A program made the position numbers and the translations under genes. Below the pieces are notes generated by a model. That model saw only the letters and a list, made by a program, of their open reading frames with translations, ran no database searches and was not told the DNA's origin. A stretch of DNA of 64,000 nucleotides from Bacteroidia bacterium (GTDB lineage Bacteria > Bacteroidota > Bacteroidia > UKL13-3): positions 422,071 to 486,070 of the forward strand of contig JBILBF010000001.1 of NCBI GenBank assembly GCA_044353855.1, written 5' to 3'. Position 1 is the stretch's first letter. Every line of letters begins with the position of its first letter. Below are positions 30,474 to 40,327 of the stretch, piece after piece.

Positions 30474-31838
30474 ATGACACAGAAAAAAAATAAACTTATT
30501 TGGTACCTTGGAGGATCCGTAGTTCTTCTAATCATCGTTTCAATTATAGGAAAACAAGCAGGTTGGATAGGTAAAGAAGAAGGCATCAAAGTAAGCGTCA
30601 CGAAAGCCGATCGTAAAACCATTATTGAAACGGTATCCGCTAATGGCAAAATTCAACCAGAAGTTGAAGTTAAAATTAGTTCTGATGTATCTGGAGAAAT
30701 AACAGAGTTATATATTAAAGAAGGAGACAGCGTGCAAGCAGGAACCTTGTTAGCGCGTATTGACCCTGAATTATACCAATCTTCATTAGATCGTGCCGAA
30801 GCAAATTTAAATAACTCAAAAGCAAGTTTGGCAAATGCAAAAGCAAGGTTGCTGCAAAGTGAAGCTAAGTTTAATGAAGTTGACCAACAGTTTTTGCGCA
30901 ATCAAAAAATGCACGACCAAAAACTTATTTCAGATGGAGAGTTTCAAACGTCACAATCAACCTATTTAAGTGCTAAAGCGGATATTGAAGCATCGAAACA
31001 AACAGTCATAGGGTCTCAGTTTTCGGTAAAAACGCAAGAAGCAGGATTAAAAGAAGCAAAAAAAAACCTAACACGAACAGAAATTTTTGCCCCTGTAAAT
31101 GGAATCGTTTCGAAACTTAATGTGGAAAAAGGCGAGCGTGTTGTTGGAACCTCTCAAATGGCAGGAACAGAGATGATGCGTATTGCTAACTTAAATGACA
31201 TGGAAGTAAGTGTAGATGTTAATGAAAACGATATTGTAAAAGTTAGTATTGGCGACACATGCGAAGTAGAAGTAGATGCTTATAACAACCGGAAATTTAA
31301 AGGCATGGTTACAGAAATTGCAAATTCGGCTACTACAAGTTCTGCATCCACATCTGACCAAGTGACTAACTTTATCGTCAAAATTAGAATTTTGCGAACC
31401 TCATATGCTGATTTGGAAAGAGCATTTGGAAAATCACGATCGGTATTCCGCCCGGGGATGAGTGCCTCTGTTGAAGTACAAACCGAGTATGCACAAAACG
31501 TTTTGGTATTGCCCATTGAAGCTGTTACAACCCGCAACAAGAATGATATTGATACAATACAAAAAGATAAGCCTAAGTTTAAATTGAAACAGGAAAAAAG
31601 TAAAGAGGACGTAGAAGTTGTTTTTATATATAATACCGAAAACAAACTAGTTATTAGAGCGGTAAAAACGGGTATTCAGGATGATAAATATATACATATC
31701 GTTTCAGGAATTACTGAAAACGAAGAGATTGTTTCAGGGCCATACAGTGCAGTTTCACGAACGTTAAAAAATGGCGATAACGTTAAAAAAGTAACGAAAG
31801 AAGAATTGTTTGAAGTGAAATCAGAAGACCCTAAATAA
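30474..31838 (+). CDS. Periplasmic adaptor (membrane fusion protein, MacA-like)
   Basis: N-terminal TM anchor, ISSDVSGEI, IFAPVNGIV, VNENDI, RPGMSA. Confidence 0.9.
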   Translation: MTQKKNKLIWYLGGSVVLLIIVSIIGKQAGWIGKEEGIKVSVTKADRKTIIETVSANGKIQPEVEVKISSDVSGEITELYIKEGDSVQAGTLLARIDPELYQSSLDRAEANLNNSKASLANAKARLLQSEAKFNEVDQQFLRNQKMHDQKLISDGEFQTSQSTYLSAKADIEASKQTVIGSQFSVKTQEAGLKEAKKNLTRTEIFAPVNGIVSKLNVEKGERVVGTSQMAGTEMMRIANLNDMEVSVDVNENDIVKVSIGDTCEVEVDAYNNRKFKGMVTEIANSATTSSASTSDQVTNFIVKIRILRTSYADLERAFGKSRSVFRPGMSASVEVQTEYAQNVLVLPIEAVTTRNKNDIDTIQKDKPKFKLKQEKSKEDVEVVFIYNTENKLVIRAVKTGIQDDKYIHIVSGITENEEIVSGPYSAVSRTLKNGDNVKKVTKEELFEVKSEDPK

Positions 31839-31944
31839 AGAAAACATACTTGTTTTTAAAGGGTTAAACGAAATATACCAGGTATTGATTGGATTAATAA
31901 GCCAAATTTAGTTATTTGAAATCTTAACCTATAAACGAACACCT

Positions 31945-32487
31945 ATGAAAAAAATCCTTTTGAGTTTTTTAGCAATTATTTTGTTAGCTTCTTGTGGCCA
32001 ACAAAAATTTGCATTTCGCAAAACAGTTCCTGTTGATATTGTAAAAGAAGAAGTTGTCAAAAACGGCACCCCCAAAACGGGTTTAATTGTACCCAAGTCC
32101 AATGCATTAACCCAACAAAAATCGATAACAGAACGAGAGTTGCTTCCATTGGAAATGCAAGTTGCCGAGGCTTCAGCTGAAAAAGCAACCCCACAAACAG
32201 TTGCTCCCGAGTGGAAACAAAAAACTCCACAGCCAACAACAAAATCGAGTCCTCAATCACCACTCAAAAAAATGGAAGGTGGAAATGGCATGGCAATAGC
32301 GGGTTTTATTTTGGCTATTTTAGGATGGTTTATTGCAGGAATTATCCTTTGTACATTAGGTGTTATTTTTAGCGCAATTGGATTAAAATCAGACCGAAAA
32401 GGACTAGCAATTGCAGGATTAATAATTGGTATACTTGGGGTTGTGTTTTCAATAATTGCCATATCTGCTGCTATTAATGCGGCTTAA
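31945..32487 (+). CDS. Hypothetical protein with a lipoprotein-like N-terminus and two C-terminal TM helices (DUF4190-like)
   Basis: LLASC; low-complexity linker; MAIAGFILAI...GLAIAGLIIG. Confidence 0.65.
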   Translation: MKKILLSFLAIILLASCGQQKFAFRKTVPVDIVKEEVVKNGTPKTGLIVPKSNALTQQKSITERELLPLEMQVAEASAEKATPQTVAPEWKQKTPQPTTKSSPQSPLKKMEGGNGMAIAGFILAILGWFIAGIILCTLGVIFSAIGLKSDRKGLAIAGLIIGILGVVFSIIAISAAINAA

Positions 32488-32505
32488 ACGTTTTTTTAAG
32501 GGGAC

Positions 32506-32544
32506 AAAAAAGCCTATTATCATTTTTGATAATAGGCTTTTTTT
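32506..32544 (+). terminator. Intrinsic terminator
   Basis: aaaaaagcctattatca/tgataataggctttttt. Confidence 0.82.
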
Positions 32545-32577
32545 GTGAAGCCTGTATAAATGTTATATTTTTACCAC

Positions 32578-33603
32578 ATGGATATATTACCAAAACATAT
32601 TGCTGTTCTAGGAGGAGGAAGTTGGGGAACAGCAATTACCAAAATGTTAAGTGAGCATAAAGCGAGTGCACATTCAAAAATTTCCACCTTACAATGGTGG
32701 ATTCGAAATGAAGAAACCGCAGCATACATTCGAACAAACAAACACAACCCAAAGTATATTAGTTCAGTTGAAATTCACCCCAATATTGTTTCCGTTTCAA
32801 GCGATATTAAACACATTATTGCAACCTCCGAAATCTTGGTTTTAGCTGTACCTTCAGCCTTTTTGAAAGACTCATTAAAAGATATAACAGCTCAGGATTT
32901 AAAAGGAAAATTTATTGTTTCAGCTATCAAAGGATTGTTGCCACACAGCAAGCAAATTGTTGCCGATTTTTTAATGAACGAATTTGGAGTGCCACACGAA
33001 AACATGATGGTTATTTCGGGTCCTTGCCATGCTGAAGAAGTTGCTTCAGAGAAACTTTCATACCTCACTATTGCTGGTTTAAATGATACAATGTCTAAAC
33101 ATTTTGCATCATTGCTTGCTTGCTGTTATATCAAAACCATTATATCAAAAGATATTACTGGAACAGAATATGGTGCGGTACTTAAAAATATTTATGCAGT
33201 AGCAAGCGGAATTTGCCATGGCATTGGGTACGGTGATAATTTTCAGGCTGTTTTGATAAGCAATGCTATCCGTGAAATGGAAGCCTTTTTATACAAAATA
33301 CATGCTCATCCCCGCGAAATTAACCACTCTGCATACCTTGGAGATTTGTTGGTGACAGCCTATTCGCTCCATTCGCGTAATCGCAGGTTTGGCACCATGT
33401 TGGGCAAAGGATACAGTGCTGCATCAGCTCAATTGGAAATGAACATGATAGCCGAAGGGTATTATGCTACTAAAAGTATGCATGAGTTAAACAAGGAAGA
33501 GCTGCATGTGGATATGCCCATTGCCGAAGCTGTTTATAGCATTATTTATGAACATGTTTCAGCTAAAGTAGCGATTGAAAAACTGAGCGATAAGCTTATT
33601 TAA
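32578..33603 (+). CDS. gpsA: NAD(P)H-dependent glycerol-3-phosphate dehydrogenase
   Basis: GGGSWGTA, SGPCHAEEV, LKNIYA, GDLLVTAYS, SRNRRFG. Confidence 0.95.
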   Translation: MDILPKHIAVLGGGSWGTAITKMLSEHKASAHSKISTLQWWIRNEETAAYIRTNKHNPKYISSVEIHPNIVSVSSDIKHIIATSEILVLAVPSAFLKDSLKDITAQDLKGKFIVSAIKGLLPHSKQIVADFLMNEFGVPHENMMVISGPCHAEEVASEKLSYLTIAGLNDTMSKHFASLLACCYIKTIISKDITGTEYGAVLKNIYAVASGICHGIGYGDNFQAVLISNAIREMEAFLYKIHAHPREINHSAYLGDLLVTAYSLHSRNRRFGTMLGKGYSAASAQLEMNMIAEGYYATKSMHELNKEELHVDMPIAEAVYSIIYEHVSAKVAIEKLSDKLI

Positions 33604-33649
33604 TATTGATTTTATTACAAAAACACTTTCAGCTATATTTTTAAAAGCC

Positions 33650-34006
33650 ATGACAGATCAAGTAGAAGAATTTAACGCATACCGCAGCAAGATGAACGAT
33701 AAGATGATGGCTGCTGATAATAAAGTGTTGAAGCGCCTATTTAACTTGGATACAAACACCTATGAAGATGGCGCACTCTCTTCTCAAACAAAAGAACTAT
33801 TGGGATTAGTGGCTAGTATGGTTTTACGTTGCGATGATTGCATTAAATACCACTTAGGAAAATGTTATGAATTGGGCGTTACTACTTCACAATTGTTCGA
33901 ACTCTTTTCAGTAGCCAATATTGTTGGGGGAACGATTGTTATTCCTCATACCCGCAGAGCTGTTGAGTATTGGGAAGCGTTGCAAGAAGAACAGAAAAAC
34001 CAATAG
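33650..34006 (+). CDS. Carboxymuconolactone decarboxylase/AhpD-like protein
   Basis: KELLGLVASMVLRCDDCIKYH. Confidence 0.88.
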   Translation: MTDQVEEFNAYRSKMNDKMMAADNKVLKRLFNLDTNTYEDGALSSQTKELLGLVASMVLRCDDCIKYHLGKCYELGVTTSQLFELFSVANIVGGTIVIPHTRRAVEYWEALQEEQKNQ

Positions 34007-34067
34007 CAAAAAATAAAGACAGCATAGGCAGTCGTTTTTTATGCATATCAAATATCTTTGACAGGTT

Positions 34068-36932
34068 ATGACACAACGTAAAAAACTTTTCCTTCTGGAT
34101 GGAATGGCCTTGGTATACCGTGCTTATTTTGCCTTTAGCCAGAACCCCCGTATCACTTCCTATGGTTTTAATACATCTGCAATATTTGGGTATGCCAATA
34201 CTGTTTTAGATATTATCAAAAAAGAAAAACCAACACATATTGGGGTTTCGTTTGATACATCAGAACCTACAGCAAGGCATGTTGAATATGAAGCATACAA
34301 AGCGCACCGTGAAGAAATGCCGGAAGACATTTCGAAAGCATTGCCTTTTATTATGCGCCTTACCGAAGCCTTAAAAATCCCATTACTTATTCGTCCGGGT
34401 TTTGAAGCAGATGATATTATTGGAACACTCGCTAAAAAAGCAGAGTTGCAAAATTTTGATGTGTACATGATGACTCCTGATAAAGATTTTGGGCAATTGG
34501 TAAGCGAACATATTTTTATATACAAACCCGCACGTATGGGCAACGATTATGAAATTATGGGCGTTCCTGAAGTGCTCAAACGTTGGGAGATATCGGATGT
34601 AAACCAAGTAATTGATATTTTGGGAATGTGGGGAGATGCTGTAGATGGAATACCGGGAATACCGGGTATTGGCGAAAAAACAGCAAAGCTGTTGGTGCAA
34701 AAATATGGCAGTATGGAAGGGTTGTATGAACATACGCATGAGCTCAAGGGCAAACAAAAAGAAAAAGTTGAAGCCAATAAAGAGCAAGCATTTTTGAGCA
34801 AACGCCTAGCCACCATCGACCTAAATGTCCCGATTGAATTGGAAGAAGAAAAGCTTGTTTTTGAACAAGCGGATAAAGAAGCATGCGAAGCGTTGTTTGC
34901 AGAGTTGGAGTTTAAAACAATGGCCAAGCGTGTATTTGGAACAACGGAGGAAAGTTCGTCCGCAGTCCGCAGACCGCAGTCCGTAGTTATGGGTCAACAG
35001 CCAACGACCAATAGCAATGCGTTTGATTTATTCAATCAGGGCACAAATGAAACAAGTGCAATTGACAAAAGAGAGGCGGAGCTATCCGCAGATGAAATTC
35101 CTGCCACACCCAAAAACTCAGCTGATACGGTTCCGCACACCTATCATTTAATTGATAGCGCAGAAAAACGTGCGGCTTTAATTTCCGATTTATTACAGCA
35201 ACCCGAAATGTGTTTTGATAGCGAAACAACCAGTTTGGATGAATTGGTTGCCGAAGTTGTTGGTCTTTCGTTTTCATACAAAGTGGGGGAGGCATATTAT
35301 GTTCCGTTCCCCGAAAATAGAGACGAAGCACAAGCAATGATGTATGAGTTTAAACCCGTTTTTGAAAATGAAAACAGTGTAAAAATTGGTCAAAATATTA
35401 AATACGATTTAAGTGTTTTGAAAAATTATGGTATTTCATTAAAAGGAAAATGGTTTGATACCATGCTTGCGCATTATTTAATTGATGCTGACCTAAGACA
35501 TGGAATGGATTTTTTAGCCAATAATTATTTGAATTATGCACCCATTTCCATTGAAACATTAATTGGCAAAAAAGGCAAAGGGCAATTAAGTATGCGCACG
35601 GTTGAACTCGAAAAAATAAAAGAGTATGCTGCTGAAGACGCGGATGTTACTTTGCAATTAAAAGAGTTGTTTGCGCCACAATTACCAGAGCGAAACGCAC
35701 AAAAATTATTTGACGAAGTAGAAGTTCCACTGATTGATGTACTCAATAATATGGAACGCGAAGGCATTAGGATAAATGCGCAATTTTTAAATGAATACTC
35801 TGTAGAATTGGCCAAAGAAATTGGCGTATTGGAAAAACGTATTCACGAATTAGCAGGGGTACATTTTAATATTGCTTCACCCAAACAACTAGGGGAAGTG
35901 TTGTTTGATCATTTAAAACTTGACCCTAAAGCCAAGAAAACAAAAACGGGTCAGTACCAAACGGGGGAAGAAATTTTACAAGGACTGAGTGAACACGAAA
36001 TTGCAACATGTATTTTAGATGTACGCCAATTACAAAAGTTAAAATCGACTTATGTGGATGCGTTGCCATTATTGGTAAAAGAGAAAACGGGTAGGGTTCA
36101 CACTTCTTTTAACCAAGCTGTTGCGGCTACGGGAAGACTTTCTTCTACGGATCCCAATGTGCAAAATATTCCAATCCGTACCGACAAAGGAAGGGAAATT
36201 CGCAAAGCATTTATTCCGCGCAATGAAGAGTTTGTATTGATGAGTGCAGATTATTCGCAAATAGAATTACGTGTAATTGCCAGTATGGCAAAAGAAGAAA
36301 ACATGATTGAAGCGTTTAAAAATGGAGTAGATATTCATACTGCAACAGCTTCCAAAGTGTATAATATTGAATTGGCAGAAGTAACAGGTGAGCAGCGAAG
36401 AAACGCAAAGGCAGTAAACTTTGGAATTATTTATGGCCAATCAGCTTTTGGTCTTTCCCAAAATTTGGGTATTCCACGCAAAGAAGCAGCGGCTATAATT
36501 GAAGCTTATTTTGTACAATATCCACGTATCAAAAATTACATGAGTGATACCATTCATTTTGCACAAGAAAATGGATTTGTAGAAACCATACTAGGCAGAA
36601 GAAGGTATCTTAGAGACATTAATTCTAAAAACTTTACCGTACGAGGATTTGCCGAACGAAACGCGATTAATGCGCCCATACAAGGAAGTGCAGCCGATAT
36701 GATTAAAGTGGCGATGATTAAAATTAAAGCTGCTATGGAAAATCAGAAATCAGAAATTAAACAGTCAAAAATGATTTTGCAGGTACATGATGAGTTGTTA
36801 TTTGATGTACATAAAACAGAAGTTGAAGCAATGAAAAAACTGGTAAAATATGAAATGGAAAATGCCATGCAGTTAGAAGTACCTTTACAAGTAGAAGTGG
36901 GCGTTGGTGATAATTGGCTAGAAGCACATTAA
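34068..36932 (+). CDS. polA: DNA polymerase I
   Basis: 5'-3' exonuclease (EADD, DKD), 3'-5' exonuclease (DSET), motifs A/B/C (DYSQIELR, KAVNFGIIYG, QVHDE). Confidence 0.98.
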   Translation: MTQRKKLFLLDGMALVYRAYFAFSQNPRITSYGFNTSAIFGYANTVLDIIKKEKPTHIGVSFDTSEPTARHVEYEAYKAHREEMPEDISKALPFIMRLTEALKIPLLIRPGFEADDIIGTLAKKAELQNFDVYMMTPDKDFGQLVSEHIFIYKPARMGNDYEIMGVPEVLKRWEISDVNQVIDILGMWGDAVDGIPGIPGIGEKTAKLLVQKYGSMEGLYEHTHELKGKQKEKVEANKEQAFLSKRLATIDLNVPIELEEEKLVFEQADKEACEALFAELEFKTMAKRVFGTTEESSSAVRRPQSVVMGQQPTTNSNAFDLFNQGTNETSAIDKREAELSADEIPATPKNSADTVPHTYHLIDSAEKRAALISDLLQQPEMCFDSETTSLDELVAEVVGLSFSYKVGEAYYVPFPENRDEAQAMMYEFKPVFENENSVKIGQNIKYDLSVLKNYGISLKGKWFDTMLAHYLIDADLRHGMDFLANNYLNYAPISIETLIGKKGKGQLSMRTVELEKIKEYAAEDADVTLQLKELFAPQLPERNAQKLFDEVEVPLIDVLNNMEREGIRINAQFLNEYSVELAKEIGVLEKRIHELAGVHFNIASPKQLGEVLFDHLKLDPKAKKTKTGQYQTGEEILQGLSEHEIATCILDVRQLQKLKSTYVDALPLLVKEKTGRVHTSFNQAVAATGRLSSTDPNVQNIPIRTDKGREIRKAFIPRNEEFVLMSADYSQIELRVIASMAKEENMIEAFKNGVDIHTATASKVYNIELAEVTGEQRRNAKAVNFGIIYGQSAFGLSQNLGIPRKEAAAIIEAYFVQYPRIKNYMSDTIHFAQENGFVETILGRRRYLRDINSKNFTVRGFAERNAINAPIQGSAADMIKVAMIKIKAAMENQKSEIKQSKMILQVHDELLFDVHKTEVEAMKKLVKYEMENAMQLEVPLQVEVGVGDNWLEAH
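34958..34985 (+). repeat. Four tandem heptamers in the polA inter-domain linker
   Basis: gtccgca gtccgca gaccgca gtccgta. Confidence 0.7.
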
Positions 36933-37014
36933 TTAGCTTTGTTCATGTAAGTCTGATATGCATCAGCAAGACACTGTCGATAAAAGCGAAAAAGTTAAAT
37001 TGTAGGAATTATTT

Positions 37015-38103
37015 ATGCAAGAAATTGAATTATTAAAACAAGAATATTTAGGCAACTCGGTGCTCGATTTTTGTATTTGTATTGCTATTTTATTGTTTGG
37101 TTTTTTACTCAAACGATTTGGCGCAACTTTTTTGAGCAAGCAGTCTTTTCGATTGTTTAAAGGCCTATCGGCCAACCAGCAATCAGAGCAGTTGGTTTTG
37201 CATATCCGCAAGCCAGTAGAGCAACTGCTTACCTTAATTATAATTTATGTAGCATTTGAACGAATCACTTTTCCGGTATCATGGGATATAGATTCGATTG
37301 ATAAATTTGGGCTAAGATGGTTTTTACTTACCATTTGGATGATAGCTTTGTTTGTAACGATTGGCAAAGTTTTATTGAGGGCAACGGATTACTTTGGACA
37401 TTTACTTTCTCACAGAGAAGAGTCGCCAATTTCTCCTCAACTAGCTCATTTTATTAAAGAGCTAATTAAAGTATTTGTTTTCATTCTGATTGTTTTTGCA
37501 GGCTTGCGTTTTGTGTTTCATGTAAATATCACCGCGTTGGTAGCATCATTAGGTATTGGGGGATTGGCGGTTGCTCTTGCTGCTCAAGATACACTAGCCA
37601 ATTTGTTGGGCTCGTTTATTATTTATTTAGATAAGCCATTTAAAGCAGGAGATTTAATTGAGTCGAATGATATTAAAGGAACGGTTGAACATGTTGGTTT
37701 TCGCACCACACGAATTCGCACTTTGGATAAAAGTTTACTTACGGTTCCTAATAAAAAAATTATTGATAACGCGCTCAATAATATCACGCTGAGCGAAGCA
37801 AGAAGAGTTCGATTTACGATTGGGCTTACATATAATAGCAAGTCGACACAACTTTTAAGCATTATTGAAGATATTAAAAAGGCAATTGAACAACACCCCA
37901 AAATAAGTAAAGATTATACAGTACGATTTGATGAGTTTGATAAAAGTTCGTTAAACATTTTAGTTATTTATTTTGTAATGAGCAATGAGTATGAAACAAT
38001 GATTGAGGTGAAAGAAGCTATCAATTTAAACGTAATGCATATTGTTGAGCAACATGGGTGTAGTTTCGCTTTTCCAACTCAAACTGTTTATGTAAAACAA
38101 TGA
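37015..38103 (+). CDS. MscS family mechanosensitive channel
   Basis: LGIGGLAVALAAQDTLANL, PFKAGD, GFRTTRIRT, FAFPT. Confidence 0.92.
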   Translation: MQEIELLKQEYLGNSVLDFCICIAILLFGFLLKRFGATFLSKQSFRLFKGLSANQQSEQLVLHIRKPVEQLLTLIIIYVAFERITFPVSWDIDSIDKFGLRWFLLTIWMIALFVTIGKVLLRATDYFGHLLSHREESPISPQLAHFIKELIKVFVFILIVFAGLRFVFHVNITALVASLGIGGLAVALAAQDTLANLLGSFIIYLDKPFKAGDLIESNDIKGTVEHVGFRTTRIRTLDKSLLTVPNKKIIDNALNNITLSEARRVRFTIGLTYNSKSTQLLSIIEDIKKAIEQHPKISKDYTVRFDEFDKSSLNILVIYFVMSNEYETMIEVKEAINLNVMHIVEQHGCSFAFPTQTVYVKQ

Positions 38104-38867
38104 TTTTAACAGATACACACGCACATTTATATGCTATTGAATTTGATGCCGATCGCAAAGCAATGATGGATCGGGCTTTTCAAAAACATGTTTCAAGAAT
38201 GTTTTTACCCAATATTGATGTAAGCTCTATTCAGCCTATGCTCAATTTGGTATGGGAGTATCCCGAAAACTGTTTTCCGATGATGGGGTTACATCCTTGT
38301 TCCGTTGACCAACATGTGGAAGCACATTTATTTCAAATTCAAAAATGGTTTAAAAAGCGAACCTTTTATGCTGTAGGAGAAATTGGGTTGGATTTTTATT
38401 GGTCGATGGAATTTAAAGAACAACAACTTGTTGCGTTTAAAAAACAAATTCAATGGGCTATACAATATAATCTACCTATAAATATACACTCGCGCAATGC
38501 TACACCCGATTGTATCGCTGTTTTACAAGAAATGAAACACCCAAAGTTACGAGGCATTTTTCATTGCTTTAGCGGTACAGCAGATGAAGCACAACAAATA
38601 GTTGGTTTAGGATTTTATTTAGGAATAGGAGGCGTGCTTACCTTCAAAAATGGAGGGCTTGATAAAGCCATCGAAAATATACCTCTCGAAAAACTAGTAT
38701 TGGAAACGGATGCACCTTATTTAGCGCCTGTACCTTATCGTGGCAAACGAAATGAAAGTACTTACCTATTGGAAATTGCACAAAAATTAGCCGAGCTAAA
38801 ACAAACTACAGTTGAAAAAGTAGCATTGGTTACAACTGAAAACTCTAAAATAATTTTTGGCATTTAA
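38100..38867 (+). CDS. tatD: TatD family DNase
   Basis: DTHAH, GLHP, GEIGLD, IHSR, FHCF, LETDAPYLAP. Confidence 0.94.
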   Translation: MILTDTHAHLYAIEFDADRKAMMDRAFQKHVSRMFLPNIDVSSIQPMLNLVWEYPENCFPMMGLHPCSVDQHVEAHLFQIQKWFKKRTFYAVGEIGLDFYWSMEFKEQQLVAFKKQIQWAIQYNLPINIHSRNATPDCIAVLQEMKHPKLRGIFHCFSGTADEAQQIVGLGFYLGIGGVLTFKNGGLDKAIENIPLEKLVLETDAPYLAPVPYRGKRNESTYLLEIAQKLAELKQTTVEKVALVTTENSKIIFGI

Positions 38868-38929
38868 TAGTGGTTAGGGTTAAATATAGAATGAGGAAAA
38901 TAAAAACAAAATGAGGAACAATTTTTTTA

Positions 38930-40327
38930 TTAATAAATAGAGTATAAAAGCCCATAAGAATATTCAACATCAAAGGCTGATTTTTTATTTTTATTGATGA
39001 TTTCATTCAGTTTTATCTGTGCATTAATATAGCTCATCTCTCTACTGTTTATCATAAACAAGGAGCTTTCTCCGGCATCAAACAATTGCTTTTCTGATTT
39101 CCATAGCTGCTCATAATTGAGTACGTTTTTACTAAAAACTGTAATTTGAATTTTGTAATTATTAAATTCATTGATTACTGTTTTTGTTTTGTTTAACAAC
39201 TCGTTTCGTTTGTTTTTGGTTTCAAATGAAACATAATCAATTTTTATTTTGGTTAGTTGTAAATCCCCTCTTTCTTTTCTTAAAAGAACTGGAAATCCTA
39301 CTGTTAACCCCCATTTGTAATTGTTAACATAACCCGAGTTTAAATTTGAAGCATCAAATAAAGGATTAAAGTTTACGTTTAAGCTTGGCTTTAGTTTATC
39401 CTGTTTAAAGGATTTTTCTACTTGCAATTGTTTCAATTTAAAGTCATACACTTTTAAACTTGGATGTATATTTATTAAGCTATCTATATTCTCAACATAT
39501 GAAAGCAGAAGGTCATCGGTTTCTTTATATGATTCAGGAATAGTTTTATCCGTCAGCTCTATTGGAATATCGTTTTCAAGCCATAAAAAATTAGATAACA
39601 GCAATGATTTTGTTTTGTACTCAACTGATGCTACTTGTAAACTAATAATTCTATCTTGTAATTGTATGAGGGCTTCTACCGTATCAATCGGAGGTCTATC
39701 GCCAAAGGCCGTCATTTTTTTCACAGCTTCAACTCTCTCTTGGCCAATGGTTACTGCATTTTGATAAACCTTTAAATTTACATACGACAGATACCAATCC
39801 CAATATGCTTTTCCTGCTTTGTTCAGCAGTTCATTTAACAACAGGATTTTATCAAATTCGGATAATTCTTCAAATAGTTTTGCTTGTTTTAACGTTGCTC
39901 TTCTTTCATCAATAATTAAGCCTTGTAATAAAGGAACAGAAACCTGTGAATATAACAATCCATCAGTTGGAACATTGTTTTCTGGGTTTATAAATGAGCC
40001 TTGATTTTGTTCATATCCGGCTTTAATATCAATGCCAAACCAAGTAGGAACTTTAAATCCACCATTACCAAGTTCATAATAATTTTTAGCATCAAAATAT
40101 TTATTATTAAACTCATAAAACAGTTTGGGGTCAAAACTTCCTCTCGCTAATAAGGTATTTGCATCTGCTGTTTTGCTAATTAAACTTGCTTGTTTTGCTA
40201 AGGGGTGGTTTAGTTTTACTACTTGTAAAAAGTTTGCTAAACTCAACTCCACTGTTGAGTCTGACTGACCTAAACAAGCTGTTGCAATTAACAAGAAAAT
40301 CAGCGTACGACTAATTTTTGCTTTCAT
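38930..40327 (-). CDS. TolC-family outer membrane protein
   Basis: Signal peptide; NHP, GSFDP, VPLLQG, GESSLF; overlaps the HlyD gene. Confidence 0.85.
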   Translation of the reverse strand: MKAKISRTLIFLLIATACLGQSDSTVELSLANFLQVVKLNHPLAKQASLISKTADANTLLARGSFDPKLFYEFNNKYFDAKNYYELGNGGFKVPTWFGIDIKAGYEQNQGSFINPENNVPTDGLLYSQVSVPLLQGLIIDERRATLKQAKLFEELSEFDKILLLNELLNKAGKAYWDWYLSYVNLKVYQNAVTIGQERVEAVKKMTAFGDRPPIDTVEALIQLQDRIISLQVASVEYKTKSLLLSNFLWLENDIPIELTDKTIPESYKETDDLLLSYVENIDSLINIHPSLKVYDFKLKQLQVEKSFKQDKLKPSLNVNFNPLFDASNLNSGYVNNYKWGLTVGFPVLLRKERGDLQLTKIKIDYVSFETKNKRNELLNKTKTVINEFNNYKIQITVFSKNVLNYEQLWKSEKQLFDAGESSLFMINSREMSYINAQIKLNEIINKNKKSAFDVEYSYGLLYSIY

